Translations under genes and position numbers: made by a program
Shown: positions 9,313 to 20,438 of the stretch, piece after piece
Numbering within the stretch: position 1 is the stretch's first letter
Layout: each line of letters starts with the position of its first letter
Origin: Alphaproteobacteria bacterium
GTDB taxonomy: Bacteria > Pseudomonadota > Alphaproteobacteria > UBA6615
Reading direction: 5' to 3'
DNA: 64,000 bases
NCBI GenBank assembly: GCA_022449545.1
Contig: JAKUPN010000002.1
Coordinates: forward strand, 123,255 to 187,254
Notes under the pieces: generated by a model
The model's database searches: none
Told to the model about the DNA's origin: nothing
What the model saw: the letters and a program-made list of their open reading frames with translations, nothing else

Positions 9313-9500
9313 ATGGTTATTTTCCTCGTCTTTTGATTGTGAGACAAGTCCTCTGACAATAAAGAATTTTTCATAGTTCAATTTGGCTTTTTTGATTTAG
9401 AGTAGTAAGTTGCTTGTTGAATATAATAGTTTTTTGGTAAAATGAACTTAATCGAGTAGAGTAAATTTTTGCGATAAAGTTACCTGATCTGGGGGTTAAA

Positions 9501-9821
9501 ATGACTAGTGATGATGTTGGTGGTGTTTTGTTACAATTCTTTGCACTGCCTTTAGTAGTAATATTTATTTGTACTCTAGTACTATTGATAAACAGATATA
9601 AAGACCTTAGGGGAGATATTCCTTGGGTTGATACACAACGTGAAGCATATATATCTTTAGTCGTTGGTGCCATCGTGACGGTTGTTGTGACATTGATAAT
9701 AGGAGGCCCGGAACTCTTCGTATTATATTGGCGACCACTTATAACAACGGTGATTACATTGCCTATAGGGTTTGGTGCGGCTCTTGTTGTTTTCGGATGT
9801 TGGCATAAACTCAGAAATTAG
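9501..9821 (+). CDS. hypothetical small membrane protein
   Basis: The 106-aa product has three hydrophobic helices. It has no recognisable family. Confidence 0.35.
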   Translation: MTSDDVGGVLLQFFALPLVVIFICTLVLLINRYKDLRGDIPWVDTQREAYISLVVGAIVTVVVTLIIGGPELFVLYWRPLITTVITLPIGFGAALVVFGCWHKLRN

Positions 9822-9834
9822 AACAAAGAATTTC

Positions 9835-10650
9835 TTATTCATTGGTTGTTGAGAAGTTCGCTTCTTCTAGGCTGCCAGCTCCAGTGAGAACGTTATAGAT
9901 TTCCAGTTCGTTTTCTTCATCTAGGTTTTCTATCCAATGTGGAGTTGATCTAGGAACATAAACAAAAGTTCCTCTGCTCACTTCTTCCTGAAAATTTCCG
10001 GATCCCACTAATCCATTCCCATTGGAAACGTAATAGATTTGCTCACAATTATCACTAAAATAACTATCTCCTCTTATTCCTGAAGAAATACAAACATTAA
10101 TTAAAGCGTTTTTACTTCCGTTATGGTTTCCTATTGGTACTCTAATCTCTTCTGATTTCCATGGATTATTAGCTTCAATTATTTTCAATGATTCTTCAAT
10201 TCGTATAAGGATACCTTCTTTTAAACCGCCACGAGGAGAATTTAAATCTTCAGCACAGGCATCACCGATAAACTTATAGCCTGTGTTAGGAACGGACGAA
10301 GCGCCAATGTAAAACCCTATTACCTCGGCTTCTTCTTTTGCTTCATTGTAGAAAAAATGCTCTGATCCACGAGGCATTAACCTGCAATGGCCAGCATTAA
10401 CATTTGCACGACTGTTGCTCTGGCCTACTACTCCGTGACCTTTGAGATAAATGGCTATTTCATCGCACTCACTATGCAAGTGCTTAGAGTGGGTCGAGCC
10501 AGATCTAAAAATTGAATGAAAAACAGCTGTAGAGCTTCCCTGTGCACCCGTGATTGGTAAACGGAACTCGGAGATTGCCCAACCATCTTTTTTTTCCATT
10601 CTCTCAATACTGACATCTTTAATATGAGTAACAGTTATTTTCTCTGTCAT
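9835..10650 (-). CDS. cupin domain protein (bicupin)
   Basis: The product shows two cupin-like beta-barrel motif regions (HxH...E...H patterns). Confidence 0.45.
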   Translation of the reverse strand: MTEKITVTHIKDVSIERMEKKDGWAISEFRLPITGAQGSSTAVFHSIFRSGSTHSKHLHSECDEIAIYLKGHGVVGQSNSRANVNAGHCRLMPRGSEHFFYNEAKEEAEVIGFYIGASSVPNTGYKFIGDACAEDLNSPRGGLKEGILIRIEESLKIIEANNPWKSEEIRVPIGNHNGSKNALINVCISSGIRGDSYFSDNCEQIYYVSNGNGLVGSGNFQEEVSRGTFVYVPRSTPHWIENLDEENELEIYNVLTGAGSLEEANFSTTNE

Positions 10651-10819
10651 TCAATTTTCCAATCATAAATTAAATTTTTTAAAAGTTTTTCCTTTTCATG
10701 AGGCCTTCGCTAAATAGAATTTTATAGAGTATTCTTACATTTTAGCTGTAACTAGATGAGGCTCCTATATTAAACTCAACTTGGTAAGCTATATGATAAA
10801 AACGTGGAAAGAGTAAAGT

Positions 10820-11905
10820 ATGCTTCAAAGAAAACCTCGTATCGTTGTTTTAGCTGGAGATGGTATTGGGCCCGAGGTCATGAATTGTGCTATGTCCGTG
10901 TTGAGGAAGCTGCTCTCTCGGGTTTCAGATATAGAAATAGATATTTTGCAGATGGATGCAGGGGCAAATTCTTATCTTCAAACTGGCACCGCTCTTTCTG
11001 AAAAAGTAATTGAGTGTATAAGTAATTCAGATGGGGTATTACTTGGAGCCATGGGTTTGCCTAACGTCCGGTATCCAGATGGCACAGAGATAATACCTCA
11101 GATAGAATTGAGGAAAATATTTTCTCTTTATGCTGGTGTTAGACCTATTCGTTTGCTACCTGGAGCTATTACCCCTCTATCAGATGTTCGAGTTAAAAGC
11201 CTTGATTTTACGATTATTCGAGAATCTACAGAGGGTCTCTTTGCGCATATGAATGAAGGAAAAGTAGAAAACAACCAGGTTGCTGAGGATAAATTAGAAA
11301 TCACCAGAGAAGCATCAGAACGAGTTTTTGATTTCGCGTTTCGTCTCGCGGAAAATAGAAAAAAATTAGGATATCCTGGGAAAGTAACCTGTATAGACAA
11401 AGCAAATGTCTTTAAGTCTATGGCGTTTTTCAGACAAATTTTTGAGGAGCGAGCTGTTTTTTTCCCAAACATCATAACTGAAGTACAATATGTTGATGCT
11501 GCTGCTTTGAATTTAGTTCTAAGGCCATGGGATTATGATGTTATAGTTACGGAAAATATGTTTGGAGACATTCTTTCCGACCTTGGGGCAGGATTGATAG
11601 GCGGCATGGGAATGGCTCCATCTGGAGATATTGGTGATAAAATCGCCGTATTTCAGCCAAGTCATGGGACTGCGCCAGACATTGCGGGAATGGGCAAGGC
11701 TAACCCCACTGCTATGATTTTATCTCTGGTCTTATTGCTAGAGTGGTTGTCTAATCAGGGGTTTGGAGAAGCTTTTAATGAGGGAGCTAAATTAGTAGAT
11801 ATTGCTGTCTGTAAAGCATATCAGAAAAAGACACTTTTTCCTTATGAAGTAGGAGGAAATGATGGCACCCAGGTAATTTTGAACCAAATTCTAGAGTATC
11901 TTTAA
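10820..11905 (+). CDS. isocitrate/isopropylmalate dehydrogenase family oxidoreductase (tartrate/D-malate dehydrogenase-like paralog; distinct from leuB)
   Basis: Family motifs are present: [29 protein letters not shown] and [15 protein letters not shown]. Confidence 0.75.
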   Translation: MLQRKPRIVVLAGDGIGPEVMNCAMSVLRKLLSRVSDIEIDILQMDAGANSYLQTGTALSEKVIECISNSDGVLLGAMGLPNVRYPDGTEIIPQIELRKIFSLYAGVRPIRLLPGAITPLSDVRVKSLDFTIIRESTEGLFAHMNEGKVENNQVAEDKLEITREASERVFDFAFRLAENRKKLGYPGKVTCIDKANVFKSMAFFRQIFEERAVFFPNIITEVQYVDAAALNLVLRPWDYDVIVTENMFGDILSDLGAGLIGGMGMAPSGDIGDKIAVFQPSHGTAPDIAGMGKANPTAMILSLVLLLEWLSNQGFGEAFNEGAKLVDIAVCKAYQKKTLFPYEVGGNDGTQVILNQILEYL

Positions 11906-11960
11906 TCTTGTACCAAAAATTAATTTAGTTTGTTTATTATGTTTTTTTAAATGATGGTTT

Positions 11961-13895
11961 TTAATCATCATTATTCTTTTCGGTGCTGGGGAAAAGTTTA
12001 TTAATGGCGCCTATCTGCTTTCGAGTGTTGCCTTCGCGTTTGGAAAGTCCTGAGCGATCAAAAAACTCTAATATTTCAATAGTTAGATTACGCCCAATTT
12101 TGGTGTGATCTTTAAACACTCTGGGGCTTACCCCTTGAAGTTCACTTTGGGATAAATCGGAGAAAATATTTGCTAAATTTTTTATTGCGCTTGTTTCAAA
12201 AAACCGGTTTTTCCCGACTTGAATAACTAAGCCAGCTTTAGCCGCATTACGCAGAGCAGTCATCACTACTTCAGGTGGTTTGCTTATTTCGTTCGCTAAG
12301 TCGTGAATAACAGGCGGTTGAAACGGTTTATTAGTTATGATGGGCTGGATCTCTTTCCACAAATCCAAATCTTTCTGATCTAAAATTGGTTTACGATTCG
12401 GCTTGTATAAGAACATACCATCAGATGAAATTATGTTTTCATCTACTAAAGAGTTTACTATTTCAGAAAAGACACCATCAATTAGTTTTCTTTTTATGTT
12501 TTGGTTTAGCTGTAATAAACTGGGACCTATCTTGTTACTATGATTTATATGATACTCATCAAGTGCAGACAGTGCCTCGTCTCGTAAAACGCCCCATATA
12601 GCCTTGGACAAAGCTATTATTCGCTGGTTGGGGCTAATAATAATTGCTTTAAGGTCTGTCGCTAATTTGGTTGCCTGCCCAACAGGCAAATTTCTTGTAA
12701 TTGAAAAAAGCTCTATATCTAGACCCGAAGGTGACAAATTTAGAGCCTTTTCTAATGCGATAGAATCGTCTTCATTATTAAGAGCCTCCAGCATTCTAAC
12801 TCTTTCTTGGCGGGCGCGACCTCGATTAGGAGGAAAAATATCGATTACATACCCACCACCAACTGTACGCTGGGCGGATTGATCTCTAATTATAAATCGA
12901 TCTCCTGCCACAGCCCCTATTGGGGTATCAAGAACCAATTGTGCAAAGGAATCTTCCCCAGGAATTACTTTTTCATTATTTAAAAGGGCAATACGTCCTG
13001 TTACGTCAGCTGCGCCAAGGTGTACATGCACTGATGTCCAGTGTTTAAAAGGTCGTTTTTCGTTTTCTAAGATACTTAAGTTAACATCTATCTTTCTTAT
13101 CGTTTTCATTAAAGGGTTAGAGACCACCCAATCTCCTCTCCGTACCAGTTCCTTGTCAATGCCACTTAAGTTTATAGCGCAACGTTGACCAGTAGAACCG
13201 TCTTCTGAGCTTTGGCTGTTAGCCCGTATGTCTCTTACACGGGCCGACCTCATTGTATTTGTTAAATAGACTTGATCTCCAACTTTTATTTGGCCGGAAA
13301 AAATAGTTCCTGTGACAATTAGGCCCGCTCCAGGCTTTATGAACGCTCTGTCAATAGCTAACCTAAACTCTCCGCTATCTGTTCTATTTTTTGGGTTTTT
13401 TGCAACATGTAAAAGGTGATCTGTGAGAGACTCTATCCCTCGTCCAGTAACGGCAGAAACAGGAAAAATAGGAAAATTTTTTAAGTTAGTGGCACTCAAT
13501 AAATTGGTTGTTGATCTAGTTACTTCTTCTATTCTATTTGATTCAACTCTATCAATTTTTGTAAGAGCTACGGCTCCTTCGCTGATTCCCAGTATATCCA
13601 ATATTGCCAAATGCTCTCTTGTTTGTGGCATCGGCCCATCGTCGCTTGCTATTACAAGTAATGCATAATCTATGCCAGTTACTCCAGCTAGCATGTTGCC
13701 TATGAATCTTTCATGTCCAGGAACGTCAACAAAACCAATAACTTTTTGTTCTTGGTATTGATGGTATGCGAACCCTAAATCAATAGTCATCCCCCGTTTT
13801 TTTTCTTCAGGCAGGCGATCGGCATCTTCTCCAGTTATTGCTTTAACTAAGAGGGTTTTTCCATGATCGATATGTCCAGCAGTAGCTATTATCAT
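11961..13895 (-). CDS. selB: selenocysteine-specific translation elongation factor SelB
   Basis: The N-terminus [44 protein letters not shown] is near-identical in pattern to E. coli SelB. The 644-aa product has a C-terminal winged-helix extension, and its start overlaps the selA stop. Confidence 0.85.
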   Translation of the reverse strand: MIIATAGHIDHGKTLLVKAITGEDADRLPEEKKRGMTIDLGFAYHQYQEQKVIGFVDVPGHERFIGNMLAGVTGIDYALLVIASDDGPMPQTREHLAILDILGISEGAVALTKIDRVESNRIEEVTRSTTNLLSATNLKNFPIFPVSAVTGRGIESLTDHLLHVAKNPKNRTDSGEFRLAIDRAFIKPGAGLIVTGTIFSGQIKVGDQVYLTNTMRSARVRDIRANSQSSEDGSTGQRCAINLSGIDKELVRRGDWVVSNPLMKTIRKIDVNLSILENEKRPFKHWTSVHVHLGAADVTGRIALLNNEKVIPGEDSFAQLVLDTPIGAVAGDRFIIRDQSAQRTVGGGYVIDIFPPNRGRARQERVRMLEALNNEDDSIALEKALNLSPSGLDIELFSITRNLPVGQATKLATDLKAIIISPNQRIIALSKAIWGVLRDEALSALDEYHINHSNKIGPSLLQLNQNIKRKLIDGVFSEIVNSLVDENIISSDGMFLYKPNRKPILDQKDLDLWKEIQPIITNKPFQPPVIHDLANEISKPPEVVMTALRNAAKAGLVIQVGKNRFFETSAIKNLANIFSDLSQSELQGVSPRVFKDHTKIGRNLTIEILEFFDRSGLSKREGNTRKQIGAINKLFPSTEKNNDD

Positions 13896-15304
13896 TTTAA
13901 ATTTAATAAGGACATTTGAGAAACTAGTTCTTCTTCGTTTTCAAGGCATCTCAAATCCAACCAGTAAGAATCATTCATTATTCGACCAATAACTGGAACA
14001 GGTAATGATCTTAAACGTTCTGATAGTTGTTTAAGCACAGCTCCTTGTCCTTTTTTAACTATCGGAGATATTACTAGAGCATAACTATCAAGGTTCTCTA
14101 TAGGAAGAGCCCCACTACCAATTTGACTTCGGGTTGGTAAAACCTTGATCTTAAAACTATTACCGAGTTTTTTTCTGAGTTCAGCCGCTGTTCTGTCTGC
14201 CATCTCTTTTATTTCATCTGATGATCGAGTTAATATGCGCAATGACGGCAAACGTTTCATCAGTCGATCGGGATCGTTATAAAGACGAAGTGTTGCGGCC
14301 AAACAAGCGATGGTTATTTTATCACAACGCAGAGCACGCTTAAGTGGATTTTTCTTGAGTCTTTTGATCAGGTCAGATCGTCCAACGATTAATCCTGCTT
14401 GCGGCCCTCCCAAAAGTTTATCGCCTGAAAAGGTTACTAGATCAGCTCCATCTTTTATTGATTCTTGGGGAGTTCTTTCATGCGGCAAACCATAAACTTC
14501 GAGGTCCACCAAAGTTCCACTTCCTAAATCAACCACCAAGGGCAGTTCATATTTGTGGGCTAGAGTTGCAAGGTCGAGTTCTGATGCGGCACTAGTGAAG
14601 CCTTCAATAACATAGTTTGATGTGTGGACAGCCATTATTAGACCTGTTTTTGGACCAATAGCCTTTTCAAAATCAGAAAGATGGGTTCTGTTTGTCGTTC
14701 CTACTTCGATAAGGCGGCAATCCGATCGAGACATGATATCAGGAATCCGGAATGAACCCCCTATCTCGACCAACTCGCCTCTCGAAACGGGGACTTCCTT
14801 TTTTCTCGCTAAAGTATTTAGGACTAACATCACTGCGGCAGCGTTGTTATTAACCACTGTCGCTGCTTCAGCTCCGGTAAGAGAACAGATTAAATCTTCT
14901 ATATGGTCATCTCGATCGCTTCTCTCGCCTCTCTCTAAATCGAATTCTAAATTAGTTGTGCCAGAAGCAACCTCTTTCATGGCCTCAATAGCTTCAGAGG
15001 CAATTGGCGATCGCCCCAGGTTTGTGTGTAAAACTGTGCCGGTTAGGTTTAATACTGGCTTTAGTGTCGGTTTGTTGGCGCTATGGAGATAATCAGAAAC
15101 TAGAGATAAAATTTTATTTTCTTTAAAATCGAAGGTTGTTGTTTTTGATGTGCTTAGTTCTTTGCGTATGTCTTTGAGCACTGACCTGACCGCACTAACA
15201 GTTGCTTTTCGCCCGAACGATTCAATTAGCGCTATGAATGGTTCAGAGCGAAGTAAACGATCTACTGAAGGCAGTTTATAAAAGCCTGACATATTATTTT
15301 TCAT
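13892..15304 (-). CDS. selA: L-seryl-tRNA(Sec) selenium transferase SelA
   Basis: The N-terminus (YKLPSVDRLLRSEPFIAL) matches SelA, and the 470-aa product shows a PLP-fold. It overlaps selB by 4 nt (ATGA). The start may be the second ATG. Confidence 0.85.
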   Translation of the reverse strand: MKNNMSGFYKLPSVDRLLRSEPFIALIESFGRKATVSAVRSVLKDIRKELSTSKTTTFDFKENKILSLVSDYLHSANKPTLKPVLNLTGTVLHTNLGRSPIASEAIEAMKEVASGTTNLEFDLERGERSDRDDHIEDLICSLTGAEAATVVNNNAAAVMLVLNTLARKKEVPVSRGELVEIGGSFRIPDIMSRSDCRLIEVGTTNRTHLSDFEKAIGPKTGLIMAVHTSNYVIEGFTSAASELDLATLAHKYELPLVVDLGSGTLVDLEVYGLPHERTPQESIKDGADLVTFSGDKLLGGPQAGLIVGRSDLIKRLKKNPLKRALRCDKITIACLAATLRLYNDPDRLMKRLPSLRILTRSSDEIKEMADRTAAELRKKLGNSFKIKVLPTRSQIGSGALPIENLDSYALVISPIVKKGQGAVLKQLSERLRSLPVPVIGRIMNDSYWLDLRCLENEEELVSQMSLLNLK

Positions 15305-15455
15305 AGACTTTGTAATTATTGTGAATTTTCTTTTTATATTTACCTAAATTTATTATTAACTGGTACTAATGTGAACTGCTAGGATCTGCTTATATTAGAA
15401 GATCAGATAATAATATACCTAATAGCCCAAAAAGGCTCTATGATATGACATTGCT

Positions 15456-16475
15456 ATGATTAAATTAAGCGTACTCGATCAATCGCCCGTTCGTTCAGGG
15501 GGAACCCCTGCTCAGGCCATCGAAGAGACTATCAGATTAGCTCAAAAAGCCGAATCTTTAGGTTATAGCAGGTATTGGTTGGCTGAACATCATGGAACTG
15601 ATGGTTTTGCAGGATCGTCTCCTGAAATTTTGGTGACTCGAGTTGCAGCCGCGACTAAGCAAATTAGAGTAGGATCAGGTGGTGTGATGTTAAGTCACTA
15701 TAGTCCTCTGAAAGTAGCTGAAAACTTCTCCCTTCTTGAAAACATGTTTCCCGATAGAATAGATCTTGGAATAGGAAGAGCGCCGGGTAGTGACGGTTTA
15801 ACTGCAGCAGCGTTAGCTTATGGAAATCAGTTGGGAATTGAATATTTTCCGACTAAAATTGCTGATATGACTGCGTTCTTATCGGGTAAGGCGCCCCTAT
15901 CAGAACCTTTTAAGGGTGTGAGAGCAACGCCCGTGTCTCCTTCACTTCCAGAATTGTGGTTATTGGGGTCTAGTGATCAGAGTGCTTCTTATGCAGCCCA
16001 TTTTGGACTTGCCTACTCATTTGCTCATTTTATAACACCGTATTCCAGTGAAGCTATTGTAGAGCACTACAAAGAAAGTTTTCGCCAGTCTCCTGCAAAT
16101 AGTGAACCAAGGGTAAACCTTGGAGTGTTTGTAATATGTGCTGACACGATGGAGGAAGCTGAGTATTTAGCGTCGAGTAGAGATTTTTGGCGTCTAAAAT
16201 TAGGACAGGGTCAACATCTTCCATATCCCTCACCTCAAGAAGCCTTGAATTACCAATATACAGATAATGAAAAAGCAATAATAGAACAAAATAAGATCAA
16301 TAGGTTTGTAGGTGATCCGGAGTTTATTAAAAATAAACTAGAAGATCTTGCCAGAGCACATGGAGCAGAAGAATTGGTTATTTTAACCATTACCTATGAT
16401 TTTGAGGCCCGAATGAGGTCATATCAACTTTTGGCAGATGCGTTTGGACTCAAAAACCAAAAAGATGCGGCTTAA
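15456..16475 (+). CDS. LLM-class flavin-dependent oxidoreductase (luciferase-like monooxygenase family)
   Basis: Motifs include YSRYWLAEHHG, RIDLGIGRAPG and a TIM-barrel LLM pattern. Confidence 0.7.
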   Translation: MIKLSVLDQSPVRSGGTPAQAIEETIRLAQKAESLGYSRYWLAEHHGTDGFAGSSPEILVTRVAAATKQIRVGSGGVMLSHYSPLKVAENFSLLENMFPDRIDLGIGRAPGSDGLTAAALAYGNQLGIEYFPTKIADMTAFLSGKAPLSEPFKGVRATPVSPSLPELWLLGSSDQSASYAAHFGLAYSFAHFITPYSSEAIVEHYKESFRQSPANSEPRVNLGVFVICADTMEEAEYLASSRDFWRLKLGQGQHLPYPSPQEALNYQYTDNEKAIIEQNKINRFVGDPEFIKNKLEDLARAHGAEELVILTITYDFEARMRSYQLLADAFGLKNQKDAA

Positions 16476-16506
16476 TAAAGCGTCTAAGTAGTATCTCATA
16501 AGTCTT

Positions 16507-17067
16507 TTATGCAGTAAATTTCATACTTGTATGTTGCTCGAGTGCTTTTTTGACCTTTTCACCATAGAGCGACGATACCTTTTCTCCTATGGATTTAGTA
16601 TATGAAACATCAGCCTGATCATTGCCCATAATAATCACAAAAAGAAGCCCTGTTTGATCACTCACATTTTTGAATGCCCTGGTCACTCCCGGAGGCACAT
16701 CAATCATGTCATATGGTTTTAATATAGATTTATGCTGACCTTCACTATCCCAACTTATTTCAAATTCGCCCGTTAAGCAGAAGAATATTTCGTGTGTTTT
16801 CATATGGGTGTGGAGCATTGGGCCATTGCCGGGAGGGCACTCGGCAATTGTAAGTGATAGATTATCTGGTCCTATAGCACTAGCAAACTGATGAGATCCT
16901 TCAGCATTACTAGGGGCTAGAAGTGAATATAGGGTTTTTGCGGTCAGCATTTCATATGCTTCGTTGGGAATGCCTAAACTTTCATAATTTCCTTGTTTTG
17001 GTTTCAAATCCTTAAAACGAACTATGTGTTCTTCCATTCCATTTGGACCAATTTCAATAGTCTTCAT
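16507..17067 (-). CDS. cupin domain protein
   Basis: Cupin motifs are present (HTHMKTHEIFFCLTGEF). It is last in the xdh-like/QOR/cupin operon. Confidence 0.5.
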   Translation of the reverse strand: MKTIEIGPNGMEEHIVRFKDLKPKQGNYESLGIPNEAYEMLTAKTLYSLLAPSNAEGSHQFASAIGPDNLSLTIAECPPGNGPMLHTHMKTHEIFFCLTGEFEISWDSEGQHKSILKPYDMIDVPPGVTRAFKNVSDQTGLLFVIIMGNDQADVSYTKSIGEKVSSLYGEKVKKALEQHTSMKFTA

Positions 17068-17088
17068 TCCTGCTATCCTTTTTAAAGT

Positions 17089-18099
17089 CTAATCATTAAC
17101 GGAAATAATTACATTTCCATTGGCCTTTCCGGATTGGAGGTAAATATGTGCGTCTGCCGTTTGTGATAGAGGAAAGATCTTGTCAACTGAATGATAAACA
17201 AAATCTGAATCAAGCCAAGTTTCGATATCCCTTATTGCATTTCGAAATGCTTTATCCGGGATTTCATACATAAACACCCAACGCAAATTAGTATTTTTCA
17301 TCATAAATCCATAAAAATCTATTATTGGCTCGGGTTTTTTATCTGAGGCGTAACAAGCAATAGTAGCATGGTCTTTAATTATTTTTGATATAGTTGACTG
17401 GTTTGAGCCAAAGGCTACCTCCACAATATGATCTACGCCGTTACCTTTTGTAGCCTTATTTATACGTTGAGCAACATCGTTTTTTTTGTAATTAATCACT
17501 ATGTCTGCTCCTGCCGACTTAGCTTTACGTGCCTTAGATGGAGAACTCACAGTGGCAAAAACTTGTTCGGCCCCTCCCCATTTGGCTAACTGGATTGCAT
17601 AATTTCCAACTGCACCGGCGCCCCCTGTGACCAAGACTGTTTTACCTTTAATAGGACCATCAGAAAATAACGCTCTATGAGCAGTTATTACGGGAATTGC
17701 AATACAGGCCCCATGCAAAAGATCTGTTTTATCTGGAATTTTGACTGCTTGTCTTGAAGGCAGGCTTATATACTCTGCGCAGGTTCCAAATGGCCTTTTC
17801 CACTGACCATTCCATATCCAAACTTTTTCACCTATGCGCGATTTAGAAATTCCACGACCAACCTGATCAATAATTCCTGCCCCGTCACTATGCGGTATTA
17901 TTCTCTTAAAATTAATTTTTTGCCCACGAAAGCCTTGGCGTCGTTTTGTATCTGAAGGATTTATTCCAGAGTAAGCAACCCTGATTCTTACTTCACCAGG
18001 CCCTGCCGTTGGTGTTTCCATTTCGCCGACTTTGAGAACTCTTTTCGCAGGGCCCTGTTTTTCATACCAAGTAGCAAGCATATTTAACGGTCTCCTCAA
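17089..18099 (-). CDS. NADPH:quinone reductase / zinc-type alcohol dehydrogenase (MDR) family oxidoreductase
   Basis: The product has a GroES-like N-terminus and an NAD(P) Rossmann motif (VLVTGGAGAVGNYAIQLAK). Confidence 0.75.
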   Translation of the reverse strand: MRRPLNMLATWYEKQGPAKRVLKVGEMETPTAGPGEVRIRVAYSGINPSDTKRRQGFRGQKINFKRIIPHSDGAGIIDQVGRGISKSRIGEKVWIWNGQWKRPFGTCAEYISLPSRQAVKIPDKTDLLHGACIAIPVITAHRALFSDGPIKGKTVLVTGGAGAVGNYAIQLAKWGGAEQVFATVSSPSKARKAKSAGADIVINYKKNDVAQRINKATKGNGVDHIVEVAFGSNQSTISKIIKDHATIACYASDKKPEPIIDFYGFMMKNTNLRWVFMYEIPDKAFRNAIRDIETWLDSDFVYHSVDKIFPLSQTADAHIYLQSGKANGNVIISVND

Positions 18100-18110
18100 T
18101 CTTAAGTTTA

Positions 18111-20438
18111 TTAATTTTTATTCAGAGCTGCCCATAATTTCTCTGAGGTAGCTGGCATGTCCATTTCGGTTATATTATGCATTGAGAGGGCGTCAATGAT
18201 CGCATTCATGCCAGCTGGTAAAGCTCCAGTGGTTCCTGCCTCACCTGCTCCTTTTGCCCCAATGGGGTTTGTGGTACAGGTGACACTGTGAAATCCTAAA
18301 TTCATCATAGGAAGGTCATCTGCTCTAGGCATCATATAGTCCATAAAAGAACCAGACAGAAGCTGTCCCTCCTTATCATAAACTGCGTGTTCTCCAAGAA
18401 CTTGGCCCAACCCTTGTGCGACCCCCCCATGGACTTGCCCGTGAACTATCATTGGATTTATCACGGTCCCACAATCATCTACGGCAGTGTAGCCGACAAC
18501 TTCTATTTCCCCAGTCTCTGAGTCGATTTCAACTTCACAGATATGACAACCATTCGGGTAGGTTTGTTCTGGAGATGTAAAATTTTCTTCTGAGTCCAGA
18601 CTTTTAGGTATGTCACGAGGCAAATTATTAAGTAATTTTATCTTTGTGGCTAACTCAAAAATATTGATTACTCTGTCGGTCCCAGTAATTCGGAAATTAC
18701 CATCAGAATATTCAATATCTGCGGAAGATGTTTCAAAAATGTGTCCTGCCAGCTTGCGTCCTTTTTCAATGACCGAGTCTATTGTGACAGATAATGCTCC
18801 ACTCGCTAAAACAGCAGAACGGGAGGCAACTGAAGCAAACCCAGTGGCTGGGGTATTTTCACTGTTTCCCTCTATGATGCGAACTTTTTCGAATGGCACA
18901 TCTAGTAACTCTGACACGACTTGGGCAAAGGAGGTTTGATGTCCTTGGCCATTGGATTGTACTGCTAGAACCGCATTGACAAACCCATCATCTGAAAACT
19001 CTATCTTAGCTCCTTCTTCAAGGTAACCTCCAGCGGTTTCGACAAAACAAGCCATCCCGATCCCTCTTAATTTTCCTCTTGATTGGGCCTCAGTTCGACG
19101 TTCTTCAAATTGTTCCCAGTTTGACAACTTTAAGGCTTTATCCATTGCCGCCTCAAATTCTCCACTGTCGTATTTTTGTTCCAAAGATGTTGTGTAGGGC
19201 ATCTTTGCGGGATGAATAAAATTTCGGCGTCTAATTTCAACACGATCTAGCCCGGTTTCCCTCGCTGCCTCATCCATAAGTCTCTCAAGTATATAAGCTG
19301 CCTCGGGACGCCCTGCGCCCCTGTAGGGTCCTATCGGAAGGTTATTTGTCAAAACACAACGTACACGAAAATGAACCGACGGATTATCATAACAACCTGT
19401 TAGACAATTACAGACATTTCTCGTCGCTGCAGCTGGTCCATGAGAGGACAAGTAGCCCCCCATAGAGGCTAACATGTCCACACGTAGACCAAGTATTTTT
19501 CCATTTTCGTCCAAAGCTAATTCACCTCTGATTACCCCATCCCGGGCCTGGTTATCGCTTAAAAATGCTTCAGATCTGCTTCCCTGCCATTTCACTGGTC
19601 GACCGACTTCTTTTGCTGCGTAAAGGCAGGCCACGTATTCTGGATAAGCCTGCGTTTTCATTCCAAATCCACCACCGACATCTTGGGTAACAATATGAAT
19701 TTTTTCGGGAGGTACTTTAAAGATGGATTCTGCGAGCATTCGGCGCATGGCGTTTACTCCTTGTGACCCAGAGAAAAGTTGATACCTTTCGTTTTCTTCA
19801 TCCCATATTGCGTTTGCACTCCGAGGTTCCATCGAGGCTGCTACAATTCGATTAGTTTTCAGAGTTAATTTAGTTATGTGGTGAGCGTTAGAAAAAGCTA
19901 TGTCAGTATCTTCTTTTTTACCAATTCGGAAGTCTAGGCAAATATTATTGGGCATATTATCCCAGAGTTGGGGCGCGCCTTCTGCTACAGCTTGTTCCAG
20001 GTCGACCACAGAGTCGAGGAGTTCATAGTCTATATCAACCAGCTCAATTGCGTCAGTAGCTAAAGAAATGCTTTCAGCTATCACCATTGCAATGATTTCC
20101 CCAACGTGACGTACTTTTTCATGAGCCAATGCAGGTCTCATTGATAAAGCCATTGGAGAGCCATCATAGTTTGGGAAGGGTGTCATATTTGGGATATCCC
20201 CAATTTTTGAATTCTGAAGGTCTTTTCCAGTAAATACCGCAATTACTCCGGGGGCATCCTTTGCTGCGCTAGTATCTATTGATTTAAGTAACGCATGAGC
20301 GAATGGTGCCCTTAGGAAGGCGACATAGGCTTGATTATTAAAAGATTTATCGTCGGTATATTTTCCAGCGCCAGTAATCAAGTTTTCATCTTCTTGACGC
20401 AGGACGTGTTGTGAAATACCAAAAGTCCCGGCAGACAT
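18111..20438 (-). CDS. xanthine dehydrogenase family molybdopterin-binding (large) subunit, second paralog
   Basis: The 775-aa product has a Mo hydroxylase large-subunit pattern (AFLRAPFAHALLKSID, GGGFG, GAKGAGEAG). No FeS or FAD subunit genes are adjacent. Confidence 0.8.
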   Translation of the reverse strand: MSAGTFGISQHVLRQEDENLITGAGKYTDDKSFNNQAYVAFLRAPFAHALLKSIDTSAAKDAPGVIAVFTGKDLQNSKIGDIPNMTPFPNYDGSPMALSMRPALAHEKVRHVGEIIAMVIAESISLATDAIELVDIDYELLDSVVDLEQAVAEGAPQLWDNMPNNICLDFRIGKKEDTDIAFSNAHHITKLTLKTNRIVAASMEPRSANAIWDEENERYQLFSGSQGVNAMRRMLAESIFKVPPEKIHIVTQDVGGGFGMKTQAYPEYVACLYAAKEVGRPVKWQGSRSEAFLSDNQARDGVIRGELALDENGKILGLRVDMLASMGGYLSSHGPAAATRNVCNCLTGCYDNPSVHFRVRCVLTNNLPIGPYRGAGRPEAAYILERLMDEAARETGLDRVEIRRRNFIHPAKMPYTTSLEQKYDSGEFEAAMDKALKLSNWEQFEERRTEAQSRGKLRGIGMACFVETAGGYLEEGAKIEFSDDGFVNAVLAVQSNGQGHQTSFAQVVSELLDVPFEKVRIIEGNSENTPATGFASVASRSAVLASGALSVTIDSVIEKGRKLAGHIFETSSADIEYSDGNFRITGTDRVINIFELATKIKLLNNLPRDIPKSLDSEENFTSPEQTYPNGCHICEVEIDSETGEIEVVGYTAVDDCGTVINPMIVHGQVHGGVAQGLGQVLGEHAVYDKEGQLLSGSFMDYMMPRADDLPMMNLGFHSVTCTTNPIGAKGAGEAGTTGALPAGMNAIIDALSMHNITEMDMPATSEKLWAALNKN

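Noticed and set aside
11940-11975. Hairpin ATGATG-gtttttaat-CATCAT between the IDH-like gene and the selB end, as a possible bidirectional terminator
   Set aside because: The stem is AT-only and overlaps the selB stop codon. The flanking U-tracts are weak, so the confidence is too low to call a terminator.
17065-17091. The quinone oxidoreductase and cupin ORFs are in the same frame across a single TAG, a possible read-through or fusion
   Set aside because: The stop is TAG rather than TGA. The cupin has its own ATG with an AGGA RBS. There is no recoding signal, so this is ordinary tight operon spacing.
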